DNA from: Promethearchaeota archaeon
GTDB lineage: Archaea > Asgardarchaeota > Lokiarchaeia > Sigyniarchaeales > SOKP01
Length of the DNA: 64,000 nt
Reading direction: 5' to 3'
Assembly: GCA_048939015.1 (NCBI GenBank)
Contig: JBHLPW010000005.1
Span: forward strand, 41,632 to 105,631
Shown here: in pieces, positions 1-9,394 of the stretch
How the letters are laid out: each line of letters begins with the position of its first letter
Numbering within the stretch: position 1 is the first letter of the stretch
Position numbers and translations under genes: made by a program
Notes under the pieces: model-generated
The model's database searches: none
What the model was told of the DNA's origin: nothing
The model's input: only the letters and a program-made list of their open reading frames with translations

Positions 1-754
1 TATAGGTCGTATTGAAAACTCTGGAAGAGTTTTCGAGATGTTAATGGATCCTGAGAAAGCATGGGATGCCAAAAAAATAATCCGTGAAGAAATCAATACA
101 AGATTAAAAGAAGGAAAAGAAAAATCTCGTCTTACTGTAGAAGAGATATTAAATGATCAAAAAATTGATCTAGAACTGATTTTTGAAAGTTTTACAGTCT
201 TTGAAGATTTAAGAAGGGGTAAAAAAGCTACAGATGGAGATATGGAAGCTGTTTTTAATACTACAGATGGAATGAAAATAGCTGGTCAAATTTTATTAGA
301 TGGAGATATTCATTGGACAAAGACTCAAAGAGAAGAAGAGAAACAGAAAAAATTGAAACAAATTATAACAATAATCAGTAAAAATGCAATTAATCCACAA
401 AATAAGAAACCTCATCCATATCAACGAATAGAAAAGGCAATCGAAGAAGCAAATGTTAAAATTGATATAATGAGAAGTGCTGAAGAACAAGTTGAAGATG
501 TTGTTAAAAGTATACGCGCTATTATTCCAATTAGAATAGAACAAGTGGAAATGGCTATAAAGATACCAACAGCTTTTACAGCAAAAGGATATAACATAGT
601 TGCTCAATACGTGCAGATTAAGAAAGAAGAATGGCAATCTGATGGTGCGTGGGTAGCTGTTGTTAGTCTACCAGCGGGATTACAGATGGAATTAATTGAT
701 AAACTTAACAAGTTAACGCATGGGAGAGTTCAAACAAAAATATTAAAATCCTAA
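1..754 (+). CDS. sdo1: Ribosome maturation protein SBDS/Sdo1 (5' end truncated by the window edge)
   Basis: Frame is open from position 2 (IGRIENSGRVFEMLMDPE); motifs INPQNKKPHPYQRIEKA and EEWQSDGAW; sits directly before rrp4 as in the archaeal exosome superoperon. Confidence 0.95.
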   Translation, partial: IGRIENSGRVFEMLMDPEKAWDAKKIIREEINTRLKEGKEKSRLTVEEILNDQKIDLELIFESFTVFEDLRRGKKATDGDMEAVFNTTDGMKIAGQILLDGDIHWTKTQREEEKQKKLKQIITIISKNAINPQNKKPHPYQRIEKAIEEANVKIDIMRSAEEQVEDVVKSIRAIIPIRIEQVEMAIKIPTAFTAKGYNIVAQYVQIKKEEWQSDGAWVAVVSLPAGLQMELIDKLNKLTHGRVQTKILKS

Positions 755-845
755 CAAAAAAGAGATCATTTTATTCTTATTTATTGTTATTTTAAAGTTA
801 TAGGTTAGGAATATAGAAAAATAATAGATGAAGGTGAGAAGTAAT

Positions 846-1625
846 ATGGAAGAAGAGGAAGAATCAGAAGATGAAGATTTCGAAGATTTTGAGGAAGATG
901 ATGATTCTAGAGATGTAGTTGTACCAGGAGAAGTTTTAAGCGAAGATATTAAAAACTTTTTACCTGGGAGAGGTACTATTCTTAATAAAGAGAAGGATAA
1001 AATTATTTCTTTGAATATCGGATTAAAACAAATAAAAAAGAATTATATAAATGTAATTCCACTCAGGGGATTTTATACACCTCGCCCCGGAGATAAGGTT
1101 ATTGCATTAGTTGTCGATAAAAATCCAGTTAAATATAAATGTGATATTAATGCTAAAGATTATGGTCAACTTAAACCGAAAAATACTATTAAAAGAGGTA
1201 AATTAAGAGGATTCAGAGGTAGTGAAGGTCCTCGGGAAGAAGTAAGTACTGAAAGATTTGATATAGGAGATATTTTAATTGTGAAAGTACTTTCTGCTGA
1301 TCGTTTAAATAAACCTGAATTAACAACTGTTGGAAAATATTTAGGTAAAAAAGTTGGTGGCATTGTCATTACGATAGATCCACCTAAAATTCCAAGAGTT
1401 ATCGGAAGAAATGGTTCAATGATTAAAATGTTGAAATCTCTAACAGGATGCAATATCTTTGTTACACAGAATGGCCGTATATGGCTGAAAGGTGAAGACA
1501 TTGCTAATGAAAGACTATTAATCGAATCTATTCACAAAATTGCTTCTGAAGCCCATACAGTTGGTTTAACAGATAGAATGCAAGAATTTATAATTAATGA
1601 AAAAAAGAAGAGAGGTATTGAATGA
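846..1625 (+). CDS. rrp4: Exosome RNA-binding cap subunit Rrp4
   Basis: VVVPGE N-domain, S1 domain (YTPRPGDKVIA), KH domain (PRVIGRNGSM, NGRIW, AHTVGLTDR); ATG at 846 follows a GGTGA SD-like sequence (alternative start at 828). Confidence 0.95.
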   Translation: MEEEEESEDEDFEDFEEDDDSRDVVVPGEVLSEDIKNFLPGRGTILNKEKDKIISLNIGLKQIKKNYINVIPLRGFYTPRPGDKVIALVVDKNPVKYKCDINAKDYGQLKPKNTIKRGKLRGFRGSEGPREEVSTERFDIGDILIVKVLSADRLNKPELTTVGKYLGKKVGGIVITIDPPKIPRVIGRNGSMIKMLKSLTGCNIFVTQNGRIWLKGEDIANERLLIESIHKIASEAHTVGLTDRMQEFIINEKKKRGIE

Positions 1626-2411
1626 ATGCCGTTAATAATTAAAGATGAGTATCCTGAGAAATTATTTCGTAAAGATGGAAAAAGATTGGATGGTCGTACT
1701 GAAAAAGAATTAAGACCTATAAAAATGGAAGTAGGTGTTATACAAAATGCTGATGGATCGGCATATCTTGAATGGGGTAATAATAAGATCTATGCTGCTG
1801 TATATGGCCCTAGAGAAGTACACCCTCATCACTTAGCTAAACCAGATAGAGGAGTTTTAAGAGTTTTTTATCGGATGGCTACGTTTTCTGTTTTTGATAG
1901 AAAAAGACCCGCTCCAGGACGTCGTGAAAAAGAAATTTCAATGATCGTATCAGATTGTATTGAACCTGTACTTTTTCTTGAATTATATCCTGGTACTAGT
2001 TTTGAAGTTTTTATTGAAGTTATGGACGCAGATGGTGGAACTAGATGTGCAAGTACTACTGTAGCAGCATTAGCTTTAGCGGACGCTGGAATCCCTATGA
2101 AAAGTCTTGTAACTGCTGTTGCAGTAGGAAAAATTGACGGAAAGAAGGTTGTTGATCTCTCGGGTATTGAAGATAAGGCCGGAGAAGCAGATCTACCAAT
2201 CGCAATGACATGGTATAACGAAGAAATCTCATTATTACAATTTGATGGCGATATGGATTTAATTGAGCTAAATGAATTTTTGAATGATGCTAAAGAAGCA
2301 TTAGAAAAAATTCACCAAATTCAATTGGACGCTTTAAAAAGTAAGTATCTGAAATTACAAGAAGATAACAAAAATTTAAATGATGAAGGAGATAAAAAAG
2401 GTGATGAGTAA
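1626..2411 (+). CDS. rrp41: Exosome exonuclease Rrp41 (RNase PH fold, catalytic subunit)
   Basis: RLDGR..ELRP, ADGSAYLEWG, GPRE, DGGTR and EDKAGEADLP motifs are intact. Confidence 0.97.
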   Translation: MPLIIKDEYPEKLFRKDGKRLDGRTEKELRPIKMEVGVIQNADGSAYLEWGNNKIYAAVYGPREVHPHHLAKPDRGVLRVFYRMATFSVFDRKRPAPGRREKEISMIVSDCIEPVLFLELYPGTSFEVFIEVMDADGGTRCASTTVAALALADAGIPMKSLVTAVAVGKIDGKKVVDLSGIEDKAGEADLPIAMTWYNEEISLLQFDGDMDLIELNEFLNDAKEALEKIHQIQLDALKSKYLKLQEDNKNLNDEGDKKGDE

Positions 2412-2414
2412 AAT

Positions 2415-3248
2415 ATGATGGATATCAAAAGAATTATTTCGAAAATTGAAAAAGATTATATAATATCAAATTTAAAAAAGGAAGAAAGAATCGATGGCAG
2501 AGGACTTTGGGAATATCGTGAATTCCAAATCAAGAATGATCTTATCGCTTCAGCTGAAGGTTCTGCAGACGTTTCTTTGGGAGACACAAAAATTATAACC
2601 GGTTTGAAATACGAAGTTGGTGAACCCTTCCCAGATTTACCAGATGAAGGAGTATGTACTGTAATGGCAGAATTGCTACCTGTAGCATCTCCTCTATTTG
2701 AAAGAGGCCCTCCTGATGAACAATCAATCGAATTAGCCCGTGTAGTAGATCGCGGTATTAGACACGCAGATTGTGTTCAAACCAAAAAATTATGTATTAA
2801 AGAAAAGGAAGCAGTCTATATACTTTTTGTGGATATGTACGTTATAAATTATGCTGGCAATCTAATCGATGCAGGAGGTGTTAGTGCTTTAACTACATTA
2901 ATCTCTGCACATATCCCTGAAGGAGTCTGGAATGAAGATAAAAGAGAGGCAGAATGGACTGGTAAATATCTAACAGGAAAAAATATTGTAAATGAATTAC
3001 CGTTTGTAATTACATATGGAAAAATTGATGATATAGTCTTTCTAGATCCTAGTTTACCTGAAGAATTAGTATGTGATGGTAAAATATCTATATCAGTTAC
3101 AGAAGAAAAAATTACCTCAATTCAAAAAAGTGGTGCTGCTACGTTTTCCATTGACGAAATACAAAATTTAGGAGAAAAGTCATTAGAAATTGGTAAAAAA
3201 TTGAGAAAAGATCTAAATCTCTTACAATATTTAAGTAAATTTGAGTAA
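2415..3248 (+). CDS. rrp42: Exosome subunit Rrp42
   Basis: RIDGR..EYR, AEGSA, GPPDEQSIELARVVDRGIR, GNLIDA; follows rrp41. Confidence 0.97.
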   Translation: MMDIKRIISKIEKDYIISNLKKEERIDGRGLWEYREFQIKNDLIASAEGSADVSLGDTKIITGLKYEVGEPFPDLPDEGVCTVMAELLPVASPLFERGPPDEQSIELARVVDRGIRHADCVQTKKLCIKEKEAVYILFVDMYVINYAGNLIDAGGVSALTTLISAHIPEGVWNEDKREAEWTGKYLTGKNIVNELPFVITYGKIDDIVFLDPSLPEELVCDGKISISVTEEKITSIQKSGAATFSIDEIQNLGEKSLEIGKKLRKDLNLLQYLSKFE

Positions 3249-3612
3249 TATCTTAAATTATTTTTTTCTTATTTAATTGATCTCGAATCCGTTGGTTTTT
3301 TATTTTTTACAATGGAATTTCCTCGATTTTCTAATTCATTTGATATTTTTTGAAGATAATTGTTATTTAATTCAGCCATATGTTTCATATATAGTGTAAA
3401 CATTTGTTATTTAATTCAATTCAGAATTGATTCATAATTTTTATATTTTAACCTTTAACTTCTAAAAAATTTAAAAATTCCCTATAGATTAATAAAATCA
3501 AAATTTTTATTAGAGAAAATATAGCGATGCCATATATCAATATTAGAAAAATTTATAGTTTATCTTATTTTTTATAATATTATCAACTATTTAGTACTAA
3601 ATTAGATGCAAC

Positions 3613-3894
3613 ATGACAAAGAAGGTTGGTATAACAGGAAAATACGGCGCTAGATATGGAAGTACCCTGAGAAAAAGGACTCGCCTTATTTTAGAAAAGA
3701 TGAAAGGCGATATAAAATGTCCTAGATGTATCACTCAAGGTTCAATATACAGAGTATCAACTGGTATTTGGCATTGTAAAAAGTGTGACGCACGATTTAC
3801 GGGAGGGGCTTATTATATAGAAACTCCACGGGGTGCAGAATCCTTCAGAATAGCAAAACGTAAGCAACGAGAGTTAGAAATCATCGAAGAATAA
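3613..3894 (+). CDS. rpl37ae: 50S ribosomal protein L37Ae (eL43)
   Basis: KKVGITGKYGARYG, CxxC...CxxC zinc finger, FTGGAY. Confidence 0.97.
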   Translation: MTKKVGITGKYGARYGSTLRKRTRLILEKMKGDIKCPRCITQGSIYRVSTGIWHCKKCDARFTGGAYYIETPRGAESFRIAKRKQRELEIIEE

Positions 3895-4166
3895 TGAGTA
3901 AAAATAACTGTTTTTCAATTAAATCTACAATCGAGTTTAATTTTGAATCTTCTCGAATAAGAGATATTTCATATGAATCGTTTCTGCCAGAATTTAAAAA
4001 ACTACAAACAAAACGCTCTCAAATTTCCATAGAAAAAAAGAGTGAGAGTATTTTAGTATTTGAGATAAAAAGCAAAGATATTACGGCCTATCGCGCTTCT
4101 ATTAATGAAATTATTTCTTTTGGGAAAGTAATAGCAAATTCCTTGGAAATTGTTAATAATTCATAG
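3894..4166 (+). CDS. pcc1: KEOPS complex subunit Pcc1
   Basis: 90 aa; LPE...RS and IKSKDITAYRASINE motifs; canonical position before prefoldin beta. Confidence 0.85.
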   Translation: MSKNNCFSIKSTIEFNFESSRIRDISYESFLPEFKKLQTKRSQISIEKKSESILVFEIKSKDITAYRASINEIISFGKVIANSLEIVNNS

Positions 4167-4233
4167 AAAAAAATATAATATTTCCAATATACAATAAATT
4201 ATTATTTAATACCACTGAATTGATAAAAAAATT

Positions 4234-4587
4234 ATGACAATTAATCTTGAAAATTTGAATGAAGAGCAAAAAAAGAAGATAATAAATCTTAATAATTTAC
4301 AGCAATCTTTTGAATTCATTACATCTCAAAGGTTACAAATTGAGAGTACTTTAAGAGAAACGGAGTTAGCTATTGAAGAATTAGATAAAATAAATCCAAC
4401 AGACACGGTATATAAAGCTATTGGCGGTATTTTAGTAAAAAGTGAAAAAAATAAGTTAACGGATGAAAAGAAATCATTAAAAGTAACTCTAGAAATGCGA
4501 TTGAAAACTTTAAAACAAAAAGAAGAAAGAGTAAAAAGCCAAATTGAAACAATGAGAAAATCTCTTCAAGCTGATTTTGAAAAATAA
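4234..4587 (+). CDS. pfdB: Prefoldin beta subunit
   Basis: Coiled coils flanking the VYKAIGGILVK beta hairpin. Confidence 0.95.
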   Translation: MTINLENLNEEQKKKIINLNNLQQSFEFITSQRLQIESTLRETELAIEELDKINPTDTVYKAIGGILVKSEKNKLTDEKKSLKVTLEMRLKTLKQKEERVKSQIETMRKSLQADFEK

Positions 4588-4604
4588 AATTCATAGAAAT
4601 TTAT

Positions 4605-5612
4605 ATGTTGAAATCCAGATTTGATAACTTTATAACTTTTATTAAAAACAAGCGTATTTTATTATTAACTCATGATTTAGTAGATATTGATGGGTTAGCC
4701 TCTTGTTTGGCTTTAAAATATTTTTTAATTCAATACTTTAAAGAACAGATCGTTACAATTTGTTTCTCAGAATTTACTAAATCGACGAAAAACTATTTTA
4801 AAAATATCACAAAAAGATTTCCTGAATTTGACTTTTCCTTCAGTAAAACATTTGAAATTATTAATTTTGATGTTGTCTTAATATTGGACACAAATAATTT
4901 AAAACAAATAGATCTAGAAAATAATTTTAACCTCAAAGATATAGGAATTCCTCTTATATTCATAGATCATCATTATATAGGAGAAAAATCAGAAAATAAT
5001 AAAGATATAGAACCAAATTTAATATTTGAAAATTCTTCTTCAACAGCAGAAATAATCTTAAAATTATTCGAAATTTACAATATTCCTTTAACGACTCCAA
5101 TAAAAACGATTTTAATTACAGCAATAATAACTGATTCTGGCTTTTTTAAACACGGAAATAACAATACAATTCAAAATGTTGGAAAATTAATAGGTGAAGA
5201 TATAAACATTCAGGATGTTTTTTTACTCTTAAAGAATGAAACAGATATTTCAGAGAAAATTGCCAAAATAAAAGGCATGCAGAGAGTTAAAATGATTCGA
5301 GAAGGTGATTATTTGATCGGAATTACAAATGTAAGTAGTTATGGGGCGAGTGTTGCTAAAAAGTTAATAAATTTAGGATTTGATGTTGCCATTGTCCTCT
5401 CAGAGGAAGAAAAGCAGAACAGAGTTAATACACGTGCTCAAAAATTAGTTTGTATAAACACAGGATTACATTTAGGAAAAATCTTAGAAGAAATATCAAA
5501 TGAATACAAAGGGAATGGTGGCGGTCATGATGGTGCTGCCACTTTAACTAGTACAATAGACTCAGATACTGTTATTGCACTAATTATTGAAAAAATTAAA
5601 CAGTATTTTTAA
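4605..5612 (+). CDS. DHH/DHHA1 family phosphoesterase (NrnA-like)
   Basis: THDLVDIDG, LDT, IDHH, SSTAE, ITDSG and GGGH motifs. Confidence 0.9.
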   Translation: MLKSRFDNFITFIKNKRILLLTHDLVDIDGLASCLALKYFLIQYFKEQIVTICFSEFTKSTKNYFKNITKRFPEFDFSFSKTFEIINFDVVLILDTNNLKQIDLENNFNLKDIGIPLIFIDHHYIGEKSENNKDIEPNLIFENSSSTAEIILKLFEIYNIPLTTPIKTILITAIITDSGFFKHGNNNTIQNVGKLIGEDINIQDVFLLLKNETDISEKIAKIKGMQRVKMIREGDYLIGITNVSSYGASVAKKLINLGFDVAIVLSEEEKQNRVNTRAQKLVCINTGLHLGKILEEISNEYKGNGGGHDGAATLTSTIDSDTVIALIIEKIKQYF

Positions 5613-5674
5613 TCTAAGTTTTAAATAATCAAAAATTATATGAGAACAAGATCTGTAATGGATTAAACCTTATT

Positions 5675-6514
5675 ATGGATTTAGTACGATTTGAGAGTTT
5701 TTATTATCGGTATAAAGGAAATGAAGAATATTCACTAAATAATATTAATTTAAGAATTAAAGAAAATAGCTCTAAATTTATTTTATTAGCTGGTGAAACA
5801 GGATCAGGGAAAACCTCACTAATTAGATGCATGAATGGTTTGATCCCACAATTTTATGCTGGTTTTTATAGAGGAAAAGTAGAAATAAGAGGAAAAAACA
5901 CAACTGAAACATCGATAGCAGATTTATCTACTGAAGTAGGAATAGTATTTCAGAATCCAGAAAATCAACTGATATCAATGAATGTTGAGCATGAAATCGC
6001 TTTTGGTTTAGAGAATTTAGGGGTTCCCACGAAAGAGATATCAAATCGAATAAAGGAGGTTACTTCATTAACTGAAATTGAGCATATATTAGACAAGGCA
6101 CCTTTTGACTTGAGTGGAGGGGAACAACAGCGTGTTGCGATAGCATCGATCCTAGTATTAGAACCTAAAGTTTTGATTCTTGATGAACCAACTGCTTTAC
6201 TTGACCCCTACATGGCAAAAAAAATTATAAATTTATTACAGGAGATAAAGCAAGAAAAAGATATTACAATCTTGATTAGTGAACATCGTCTAGATCTAAT
6301 TTTACCTTTCATAGAACAAATAATTTTAATGAAAAATGGTTTTATTTTGGAGCATGATTCTCGTGAAAAAGTCATTAATGGAGAAAATTTTCAGAAACTA
6401 CATTTGAACAAACCTATAATTTTCTCAATATTTAATAAACTCAAAAAAGAAAAACTGTTTAATAAAAATATACCTACTTCTATCCCAGAGGCAGTAAAAT
6501 CACTTAAGATTTAA
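5675..6514 (+). CDS. ecfA1: ECF transporter ATPase A1
   Basis: Walker A GETGSGKT, FQNPENQ Q-loop, LSGGEQQR, LDEPT. Confidence 0.92.
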   Translation: MDLVRFESFYYRYKGNEEYSLNNINLRIKENSSKFILLAGETGSGKTSLIRCMNGLIPQFYAGFYRGKVEIRGKNTTETSIADLSTEVGIVFQNPENQLISMNVEHEIAFGLENLGVPTKEISNRIKEVTSLTEIEHILDKAPFDLSGGEQQRVAIASILVLEPKVLILDEPTALLDPYMAKKIINLLQEIKQEKDITILISEHRLDLILPFIEQIILMKNGFILEHDSREKVINGENFQKLHLNKPIIFSIFNKLKKEKLFNKNIPTSIPEAVKSLKI

Positions 6515-6523
6515 TTATAAACT

Positions 6524-7408
6524 ATGGAGATAATGAAAATGATTAAAGATATACCATTGATTATGATTAGAGAAGTTGGATATCAATATCCAAACGGGAC
6601 AAGGGCTTTAAATAACATTAATCTGAATATCTTTAAAGGTGAATTAATTGGGATAATGGGAAAAAATGGAGCAGGTAAAACTAGTCTTATTAGGACCTTA
6701 AATGGTTTAATAAGGCCAATATATGGGAATATTTATATTAAAAATGAAAATATTATACGCAAAAGTATTGCAACTCTATCGAAAATAATAGGAATTATTT
6801 TTCAAAACCCTTTTCATCAACTTTTTGCAAATACTGTTGAAGAAGAAATAAAATTTTCTCTGAAAAGTCTAAATCTAAGTAAAGAAGTAATTCAGATAAA
6901 AACTGACGAAATCTTATTCAAATTTGATCTTGATAAATATAGAACACGATCCCCTCTGAATTTATCTGGAGGAGAGTCTAAAAAACTTGCAGTTGCTTCA
7001 ATAATTTGCCGAGATCCTGAAATTTTGATATTCGATGAACCGACTCTGGGCCAAGATGCAAAAGAAATCGAATTCTTTATCAACTTGATAAATGAAGAAA
7101 GAAAAAAAAGCAAGACTATAATTATTATTACTCATAATGTTGAATTTGCCTATGAATACTTACCTAGGACGATATTAATGGCTGATGGACAGATTATTGC
7201 TGATGGTCCAACTAATCAATTATTGAATAATACATTCTTAGTTGAGCAAGCTTCATTAGTATTACCACAAGTAAAACAATTATCTTTAGCAATGCAAGAG
7301 TTAAATTTACAAAATCAAAATGATATCACCTCAAAAAATGATATGATTAATTATTTAAGGAATCTTATGAAAATTAAATCATCAAAGATTCAGGAGGATA
7401 ATCTTTAA
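6524..7408 (+). CDS. ecfA2: ECF transporter ATPase A2
   Basis: GKNGAGKT, FQNPFHQLF, LSGGE, FDEPTLGQD. Confidence 0.92.
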   Translation: MEIMKMIKDIPLIMIREVGYQYPNGTRALNNINLNIFKGELIGIMGKNGAGKTSLIRTLNGLIRPIYGNIYIKNENIIRKSIATLSKIIGIIFQNPFHQLFANTVEEEIKFSLKSLNLSKEVIQIKTDEILFKFDLDKYRTRSPLNLSGGESKKLAVASIICRDPEILIFDEPTLGQDAKEIEFFINLINEERKKSKTIIIITHNVEFAYEYLPRTILMADGQIIADGPTNQLLNNTFLVEQASLVLPQVKQLSLAMQELNLQNQNDITSKNDMINYLRNLMKIKSSKIQEDNL

Positions 7409-8176
7409 ATGTCATTAGAATTTCTGAATGCTTTTAAATTTATGAAACAGAAATCTTTTGTACATAATTTAGATCCACGTGCAAAATTATTATTTTCTGT
7501 CGTTTATACGATAATTGCTCTATTATTTAACCAAATTTTACCTTTATTTTTCATTTTTTTAACTTTAGTTCCTCTAGTTCTTTTAGGGAAGATCTTTAAA
7601 CAATGGATTAAAAGCATACGTGGTCTTTCATTTTTGGTCCTCTTTATAGTTATTTTAAATACATGGTTTATGTCTTTGTCGTTTGCCTTAGCAATGATAT
7701 TAAGAATTTATATAATGGTATCCGCTTTTTCAATCTTTTTCTTAACTGTTGACCCAAATGATTTGGCACTGTCTCTAATTTCGATGAAATTACCATACGA
7801 ATTTGCATTCTCATTCTCCTTAGCGTTTAGATTCGTCCCAACTATAGCAAATGAAGCTCAAAATATTTTAGATGCTCAACAAAGCAGAGGATATGAAATG
7901 CAAAAAAAAGGGCTCATTAGCCAAGTTAAAAATCTATTTCCACTTTTGATTCCCTTGATAATTAATTCAATAAAAAGAGCATTTTATGTTGCTGAGGCTC
8001 TCGAATCGAGGGCTTTTGGCAGTAGAAAAGAACGTACATATTATTACAGTATAAAATATTCTTTAAAAGATTATTTATTTACTTTTTATTTGTTAGTGTT
8101 GTTAGCATTTATAATTTTTATAAGAGTTCAAATTAATTTGCTGCCCGATTTTCTACTTTGGAGTTTACCAGTTTGA
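7409..8176 (+). CDS. ecfT: ECF transporter transmembrane component T
   Basis: LDPRAKL, RFVPT, AQQSRG and ALESRAF coupling-helix motifs; hydrophobic. Confidence 0.93.
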   Translation: MSLEFLNAFKFMKQKSFVHNLDPRAKLLFSVVYTIIALLFNQILPLFFIFLTLVPLVLLGKIFKQWIKSIRGLSFLVLFIVILNTWFMSLSFALAMILRIYIMVSAFSIFFLTVDPNDLALSLISMKLPYEFAFSFSLAFRFVPTIANEAQNILDAQQSRGYEMQKKGLISQVKNLFPLLIPLIINSIKRAFYVAEALESRAFGSRKERTYYYSIKYSLKDYLFTFYLLVLLAFIIFIRVQINLLPDFLLWSLPV

Positions 8177-8859
8177 TTGTTAAAGAATTCAATATTGATG
8201 AATTAAATCTACACTTTTTTGTTGGGATAAATCAAATTGCAATAGACTTAGATGAATTTTTAAATTTTTATACTATTAAAAATCAAAAAGAAATTTTAGA
8301 TCAGGTTTTTAAGCTCATAGAAGAAATCCAAAATAAATTTGAATATTCAGTAGTACAATTCATAAAGGAAAAATTTATCTTGAACTCTGATCATATTTTT
8401 ATGGCATGCTACAATTTACAGAAAGCATTTCAACAAGATATTAACATTTCAAACAAAAAAAACATCGAGCTTTTTTTATATTTAGCAAGTAATAGACAAA
8501 TTAAGAAAAGTATTGAAGCTTTTGGAATTAATATTACTGATTTTAATAAGAACAGTTCTACTTATTGCATTATTTCTCCAAATGATAATATAGATACCAT
8601 AAATGATGAATTAATACAAAAGCTTAAAGCGTACGATGCTCAATTTACCCTCAATAATCAAACTATAAAGAAATTAATTACAATTAAAGAGTTTTTTAAA
8701 ATCTCCGAAGATCAAATTAATATTATCTTAAATTCTTACGGGACACAAAATATTAAAAATAAAATTAGTTTAAAGTCTAAATATTCTGCTGTTCATGATT
8801 TAATTTGTGAAAAAATGGCATTACTAAGTTTGGAACAAGTTAAAACTAAGAAATCCTAA
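8173..8859 (+). CDS. cgi121: KEOPS complex subunit Cgi121 (enlarged)
   Basis: HIFMAC..., ELFLYLASNRQIKKSIEAFGI and ICEKMALL motifs; TTG at 8173 overlaps the ecfT stop (ORF track start 8158). Confidence 0.85.
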   Translation: MIVKEFNIDELNLHFFVGINQIAIDLDEFLNFYTIKNQKEILDQVFKLIEEIQNKFEYSVVQFIKEKFILNSDHIFMACYNLQKAFQQDINISNKKNIELFLYLASNRQIKKSIEAFGINITDFNKNSSTYCIISPNDNIDTINDELIQKLKAYDAQFTLNNQTIKKLITIKEFFKISEDQINIILNSYGTQNIKNKISLKSKYSAVHDLICEKMALLSLEQVKTKKS

Positions 8860-9380
8860 TTATATCCATTTTTTACCCTAATTACCTCACTTTCCTTTAA
8901 AAAAGATATTCCACTAATATTTCCTAAAATTTCAATTCTAATTATTTTATCTGGATGTTCAAGATCAACCTTATAATCAAGATCACTTGCTATTGTTTCA
9001 ATAAAATGTTCTCTTTCAATTTTTTCGTGATGTCTTCGTTTTAATATTATTTTAAAAGATTCCCTTTCATTAAGAAAATCTCTATGATTTTCTTGAATAA
9101 TATATTTTATTGTTTTTATGTCAGTTTCGCAAGTAAAATCGATTGGTACAATTTTTAAAATAAATTGGAAAAAGTGGGGTCTTTTTTTTTGGATTTTTTT
9201 TATTTTGGAAATAACTTGTTTTGAATTCATATTAGTCAAAGCTGTAATTAATCCCGGAAACTGAATTCCCGAGATGATTGGGTATGTATCACCACACATT
9301 AATAAAATAAACCACAATTCCGATTTTGCATTGGTTTCATTATATCGAGAAGTCGAGACCAAGAGATTGAAGTTTTTTAT
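8856..9380 (-). CDS. THUMP-domain RNA-binding protein (start codon uncertain)
   Basis: FNLLVSTSRYNE N-terminus, KIVPID, SFKIILKRR, KVDLEHPDKIIRIEILG; the frame is open upstream of the TTG at 9362, up to an ATA at 9380. Confidence 0.85.
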   Translation of the reverse strand: MKNFNLLVSTSRYNETNAKSELWFILLMCGDTYPIISGIQFPGLITALTNMNSKQVISKIKKIQKKRPHFFQFILKIVPIDFTCETDIKTIKYIIQENHRDFLNERESFKIILKRRHHEKIEREHFIETIASDLDYKVDLEHPDKIIRIEILGNISGISFLKESEVIRVKNGYN

Positions 9381-9394
9381 TCATATCACTCCGT

